Of a stretch of DNA of 64,000 nucleotides, positions 57,761 to 64,000 are shown in pieces. The notes under the pieces were generated by a model that was not told the DNA's origin, searched no databases, and saw only the letters and a program-made list of their open reading frames with translations. A program made the translations under genes and the position numbers. Source of the stretch: the human T2T-CHM13v2.0 reference genome, Homo sapiens; assembly GCF_009914755.1 (NCBI RefSeq), contig NC_060939.1; one strand, 5' to 3'. How positions within the stretch are numbered: the stretch's first letter is position 1; every line of letters begins with the position of its first letter.

Positions 57761-60700
57761 TGTTAATGGTCAATGGGTTCATGTTGGCTGCTGCCCAGAT
57801 AGAGTCACTTTATCAAGATAGGGGAATTGCTGTAGAGAAGATTTTATACATGTAGAGCCAGCTAAAGGAGAGAGCAGTTTTCGTATTACTCAAAACTGCT
57901 TCCCCAAATATTCAGAGGCTAGAGTTTTTATAGATAGTTTTGTGGGCAGGGGTTAGAGAAAGGGACATGCTGATTGGTTGGGTCAGGGATGAAATCTTAG
58001 GAAGTCAAAGCCATCTTCTTTACTGACTTCAGCTCCTGAGTGTGGGCCACGTATCCAGATGAGCCAGTTTATGGGTTTAGGTGGCACCCACTGATCTGTC
58101 AGAATGCAAGTTATGAAAAATACCTCAAACACCAATCTTAGGTTTTACAATAGTAATGCTATTTATAGGAGCAATCGGGGAGGTTATTAATATTGTGGCC
58201 TCTGATTGTATGACTCCTGAGCCATACTTTCTAATATTGTGGTTAATTTGTTAGTTTTACAAAGTTGATGTGGTCCCCAAACAATGAGGGGTTTTGTTTC
58301 AGGGAGGAGCTGTCATTATCTTTGTTTCAAAGTTAAGCTACAAAGTAAATTTCTCCCGAAGTTAGTTTGTTTTTGCCCAGGAATCAGCAAAGGCCTCTTG
58401 GAGGTTAAATGCAAGATGAAGTCACTTAGGTCATATCTCTCTCCCTATCATAATTTTCTTACTGTTACTGTTTTTGCAAACGTGATTCCAATTTCCCTTT
58501 GCAAGTTTCATTGCATCTTATTCTTAATGGGTGAGGTACAGAGTTGGGAAAAGGCCAAAGACCATTCTAACTTCTTCCTGCTGACAAGGGGTATACTTGG
58601 GATAGGGTTTGGCCCAGAGTAAATGGAATGAAACTGCTTTGCAGCTGCCTGCATGTATTCACAGGTGCCTGGTTGGGGTTCCTAGGCTTGCATGACCAAG
58701 ATGTTAGTGCTCTCATCCACAGTTTTAGTACAGCACTTAAGTGAACAGCTGACTATAGGATAATGAGTCCTAATATAAGGAGTGGAAGTCCTAGCTTCAG
58801 AAGTCCTTATATAATTCATCTAAATCCCTGAGCGATTTGGGTGAATAGCGCCAAGAACCAGTCAGACATGGGGTCAATAGTCAAGAGAGATATGGGTCAG
58901 AGGTTGTTAGAAAGACAAATTTGGATAAACAGGAAAGAGCAAATTTAAATATACCATCTCATATCTTTTTAGTTAGTTTCCTAGTCCTCAGAATAGATCC
59001 CAGCAGTGTTTCATTCCAGGAGGCGTCACTGCAAATGAACTAGGCCCCCTTATGTGATTAAGGCAAAAAACATTTTTAATAACAGGCATTTGTATGGAAA
59101 TAGAAAATAATAACAAAGATTTATATTGGGCACAATGCATCCAGATGTTAGATTCAAAGCATTTTTAAGTTGCAAAGGAGGATAGTGATGACAATCTCAC
59201 ATATTTCGCATCTGTATCTCAAGGGATAAGCTTCAGCCTGCAGGGCCTTGGGAAGAAGTTCGTAGCCATTTCATTGAGTCCAGGTCAGAAAAGGGGAAGA
59301 AAAATGTGAATGTGTTAGTTTGAGCACTTTAGCTCTGAGAGATTTCAGGATTCAGTACAAAATGCAGAAAACAATAAAAAGCTTAAAAACAATAGACAAG
59401 ACTAGAATGTAACAACAGGTGTGCTATAGTATTTTTCTGAAATACAATGTTTCGCTCTCTAGTTCTCATTTTTTAAAGACATATCATAGTAGGACACATT
59501 TATTTGCAAAATAAGTTTTGGTATTATTATACTTAGCCTGATTATTTGCGTAAAGTTCAGCAAGAATAATTATTTGCCATATTAGCTCTTTCTAAATTGG
59601 GTTTGCTGGAACTTTGTTCCCTAAGGAATCTCGGATTGGACTTTTTTAAAGCCTTCAAGGGATGTATCTGTGCCTGCAAATACTTGTACAGATTGCTTGA
59701 AATTCTCTCTTCTTCAGCTCCCAAGATAATTTAGGAATCATAGGCCTGTCAGAATGTGACATTTTTTACTAACCACAGGTCAGGAACCCTGTACAAGGCC
59801 TGTGTAGACAGTTATGAGGTCAGTTTCTTAAGGGGCTTTTATCATGTCTGTTAGTCAACTTTAATTCCTCAAGCCTGTCTGTTTGTATCTGAAAGTAGGC
59901 CATTCCACTGGTAACATCATCACATCTTTGGTAAAATAATCAGTGTCTCCAATTGTGTTCTCTTACAAAAGAAATCAGATTCTTATTTTACTTATGTCAA
60001 TAACTATATCTCCATAGTATAGAATACTCATAAATAAATAGTTTTCAAATTCTGGAGAAATCAAGTAGAGAAAATGAAATATCCTTCATCTTTTGTTCAC
60101 AGGAATATACTTTACTCAATCATGAAAAGCTGTAAATAGCTGAGAAGAAAAAATGTTGTCTTGACTCTGAAAAACAACAAAAAAGATCAGCAACATTTCA
60201 AGCAACAAGTCATAAAAGGATTATTGTGGTGTTCTATTTCTTCTATTAGTTCAGTCCATGCAGTTAACTTTGTCTGACATTAGGCCTGCAGTCCTCATAA
60301 ACATACCAGCTATCTCTGACAGTCCTGGAAGTTTGTTTGTTTGGTTTTGTTTTTTTCCTATTTCAATGCCACAATCTTTAGTTATCAGAAACCTGTATTC
60401 AAGAGAACATTTCAAAGAGCAAACACATTTTGAATAGTTTAAAAAAAAAAGAGCACAATAATCTGTGGGTGACAGTAATCTCAGGACAGCCATTGTTTTA
60501 TTAATTTTACTTTGATTTTGTTGAGACAGGGTCTGAAGCCACGCAGGCTGGAGTGCAGTGGCACAATTATGGCTCACTGTAGTCTCACCTTCCTGGAATC
60601 AAGCAATCCTCTTTCTTCAGCCTCCAGAGGAGCTGGGACCACAGGCAAGTGCTACCACATCCAACTAATTTTTTGACTTTTTTGTAGAGAAAAGTTCTCA

Positions 60701-62095
60701 CTATCTTGCTCAGGCTGATCTCAAACACCTGAGCTCAAGCAATCCTCCCAACTTAGCCTCCTAAAGTTCTGGGATTACAGGTATGAGCCACTGTGCCCAG
60801 TGAGGACATTACAGGCATGAGTCACTGTGTCCAATGAGGCCATTGTTAAAGACACAGTCAACAAAGAAATCTGGTCATTTCTGTGACACATAACAATTCA
60901 GCGTAATAATCATAATTATTACTGATAACATATACTAAGACATATTAGAATTATTTCTGAATATTCTTAATTTATGGTATTATAAGTTATTTGCATATGA
61001 TCGATATGATATTTTTTTTTGTATCATGATACAATTGGAGACAGTAGTTACCTTGCCAAGGCTTTGGCTGGAATAGCATATTTTCATCTATGAGCAGATT
61101 GCTTTGACAAATTTAGGTTGAATAATAGAGCCAATAAAATTCCCTTGGAGAGACTGGCCTTGTACCTTCTCTACAGATTTTCTAACCTGTGGTAAGAAAA
61201 GCATGTTACCTTCTGACAGGCCTAGGAACTCCAAGTAATCTTGCGACCTCAAGATGAGAGGAATTCACCCAGTTCATAAGTTATTTGCAGGCACAATAAA
61301 TCCTTGTTTGAGCTTGAGGGGCTTTTTGAAAAGTCAAATCTTAGACACTTTGTTTAAAAAAAAAGTTCCATCAATGCCAAATTAAAAGAGCCTATATGGA
61401 AAAAAAAATATCCTTGCTGCACTTTGTGAAAATAATCAGGCCAAGTACAATAAAACGAAAACTTACTTTGGAAATAAGTTGGTCTTACTATGATTTTTCT
61501 TTAGTAAAAATGGAAGACTATAGAAAGAAAAATGTATTTCAAATGAAACTATAGTACATCCTTTATTGGATTCTAGCCCTGTTCATTGCTTTCCAGTTTT
61601 ATTATTTGCCTACAATTTAGCTAGACTGGATCCTAAATTCTTTGCCGGTTACAAGTCTCCAAACTAACATTTTCAATGTTTTATTTTTTTTTCCCATTTT
61701 TTTCTGACTTGGAATTAGTAGAAATTAAAACTGTGCTTTGTGTAAAGCCCTGCACACTGAAACTAGAAAACTTAAACTTTGGGAGAAACAACAGCATCTT
61801 ATTTATTTACATAAAAGATTTCAGGACTATCTAGTTATATATGGACTGCTCTGTAATATAGTCTATCAGTTTTCAAGGATTGCTTTCTACTTTGTTGCTA
61901 TAATCCAGCTGTGTCTCTTTTTTCTTATCTTTTCCCTTTATTTTTTATTCCCCCTATTTCTTCACAACCTTCTAGAATGAGTCTCCTTAAAAATGTAGAT
62001 CCTAACTTTCTAGGAATAAACCATCCTAATGTTGAAAGATTAGGGAAAAAATATAACCAAACACTCATTTTCTTCTAAAATGCTTTCTCTGAAAT
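57761..62095 (-). mobile_element. LTR8A/B-like 3' LTR (57761-58490) plus MER4-group internal
   Basis: LTR8 motifs (tttgcaaaaa..gaaaattatga; catgactcct..ctaatttgttag) and AT-rich MER4-int-like sequence. Confidence 0.78.
60505..60800 (-). mobile_element. AluJ (followed by a ~34-bp duplication of its 5' end, to ~60842)
   Basis: J-type dimer; attacagg(t/c)atgag(c/t)cactgtg occurs twice. Confidence 0.85.
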
Positions 62096-62104
62096 ATTTT
62101 GAAG

Positions 62105-62551
62105 AACAAGGAAAATAAAATTTTGGGACCCCAAACTCACTGTGCCAAAGGAAAAGTTGGAAACTGAGTCATGCTAATACTACCTTCCTTTTGTTCCCAA
62201 AGAGTCAGCTGTAATTTCACAAGTTTGCCTATCTTATGTAAAATGTAGATCTACCACGCACAAGACAAATGCACAATTAACTTTTACCCCATTCCTCTTT
62301 ACACATGCAACCTCTGGATGCAGTGAGTGCTAATTTGGATGTAACACTTGCCTCGCTGTCTTTCCCCCATTTCTTTATCCTCCATCCACTCCTCCCTGGT
62401 CTCACCTCTATAAATATGGAAGTCAGCAAAACCTTCTTTGGAAAAAGCACAGGCCACAGAGCCTACTGTGACTTGTGTTTCTTTATCCTTAAACATGGCA
62501 AAATAATTCTCTGAATTGAATGAGATCTGTGTCAGTCATTTTTGTTTTACA
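62105..62551 (+). mobile_element. MER4-group LTR (LTR29/LTR49-like; family tentative)
   Basis: aaggaaaataaaattttgggaccccaaactcact..tataaa..ttttgttttaca. Confidence 0.7.
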
Positions 62552-62554
62552 TAG

Positions 62555-64000
62555 TTCTGCACTAAACACTAAGTCAATATTTGCTACTAGTGACAGCTTT
62601 TTCCAAGTAATTGCAAGAAGTATCGTATGTATCAACTGTAAAATACATCATTATTTTACATCACAATAAAAGCATAAAACTATTGAAAAACTATGACATC
62701 ACAAAAATTTTATCTCATATATGTTGCAAATAACACTTTTTGTTTGAAATGCCTGTTCCTTGGTGCCATAAAGAAATACCACTTGAATATCATTTCCTCA
62801 GCAAGGCCATTTTTATATTTTCTGCAGAAAGGGTACACTTGCCAGCAGTTTTGCAATGAGAGTACACCGAACAAAGGAGACAGGGTCATTTATAACCTGA
62901 TGCTTCCACCCTACTGCTGTGTCCGGTTTCCATTGGCTGGAACAGGACCTCACATTCTATATTTGTCCCAACTGGCTAGCAACTTAGAACTTTTTAAAAG
63001 AGGCAAAGGCAGAGGAGAACAAAGGAAGGAGGAAGTAACTTTTGGAATCTGGAGAAAGGTAAAAACACCTTCAAATAAGGAAGAGGAACAGGCTATGACC
63101 TAATGCTTGCTTGGACCAGTATAAGCATGCCAGGGGAAATATTTAGGCTAAATTGTGGGAACTAAGAACATAAAGTACATTCATTTCTTTATTACGGCTA
63201 GCAGATATTTAAGAATGTTAGCACAGGTCTTTGAATAAATTTTGCTTCTAAGAGAAGTTACTATGTATTCCTAATGAGATGGGGAGGAAAGTCTTTGAAG
63301 AGGAATCTCTACTTTACTTTTTACACTTTTGAATATAAATGTGTGTATTTATGTTTTATCACTCCTATGATCATATGAGATAGAAAGTAAAAGCAAAATA
63401 GGTAATCAAGGTTTTCTAAAATTTCTCATATTTGGATAAAACTCTTCTAAATCACTGTGCGTCTCACCTTGTCCATGGATTCTTCCTACATTAGCATCAT
63501 CTCTGCTAATTAGGAGCTTTGCAGATGCCATATTTGTAGTGAGAGAACTATAAGAGTTTATGTTAGATTGTTTCTCATCTACTAACGTCCCTCTCCAAAT
63601 TATGATGTTAAAGATACCACCAGAATGTGAAAATGGAAGTTTTTTACATCAAGTTCACGTGTGTGCACAGAAAGTTGATCACATTATGACTGTCTTCTAA
63701 CCAATAGTCTTTTCAGAATATTATGATCCATCTCTATTTGGAAGATGTAAAAATATGCCTTATAAAATGAATGGAACACACTATTTTTTCTCTGTGACTG
63801 CCCCCTTCTCAGTATAAAATTTTGTTGGCTCATCATATATATTCTGGTCTATTACTGCAAAAACATGCTTAACTATAGTTTCAAATTAGTTGAACAACTA
63901 GATTTACCTGCTACCTCAGGATTAGAGAGAGAGTTATTATTGGGCTACTAGAATTCCTATTTTAAATGTTGCTGTGAATTGTTTTAATTTGATGTAACCT
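62555..64000 (-). repeat. Unit copy F, inverted (homologous to ~35750-36570 and ~7650-8530)
   Basis: Reverse complement ttaagcatgttt..gatgagcca..actgagaag..ggcagtcacagag matches 35840-35925; attagcagagatgatg..catggacaag matches 8217-8260. Confidence 0.85.
62741..63325 (-). mobile_element. LTR10C solo LTR (HERV-I)
   Basis: Minus strand tgtaaaaagtaaagtagag..cttcaaagactttcctcccc; perfect 5-bp TSD ctttt. Confidence 0.9.

Noticed and set aside
62693-63103. 136-aa ORF
   Set aside because: Lies almost entirely antisense within LTR10C.

Overview
Human genomic DNA, identified by an L1HS Ta element plus Alu, THE1, MST and LTR10 content. It is AT-rich and repeat-dense, with no intact protein-coding gene, tRNA, rRNA or CRISPR array; I could not identify the locus by eye. 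The window is built from an ancient array of one ~10-kb unit, roughly 65-75% identical between copies by eye. There are five direct copies (A ~1-10.8k, B ~13.5-22.3k, C ~22.4-28.4k, D ~28.4-39.75k, E ~39.76-55.75k) and one inverted copy (F ~62.55-64k), with A~D and C~E forming a ~29-kb higher-order repeat. The unit core looks like a decayed two-exon gene for a small secreted protein (signal-peptide exon, phase-2 intron of ~200 nt), disabled by a different lesion in each copy. A human-specific L1HS Ta-0 insertion (47415-49079) carries a ~690-nt 3' transduction and a twin-priming inversion, bounded by a perfect 17-bp TSD. Also present are a small CpG island with a candidate exon, a mosaic ERV1 provirus with a tRNA-Ile PBS and doubled env TM remnants, and many Alu, L1 and LTR elements, nearly all LTR/L1 elements antisense to the + strand. 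Repeat family names come from recalled consensus sequences and most boundaries are approximate.
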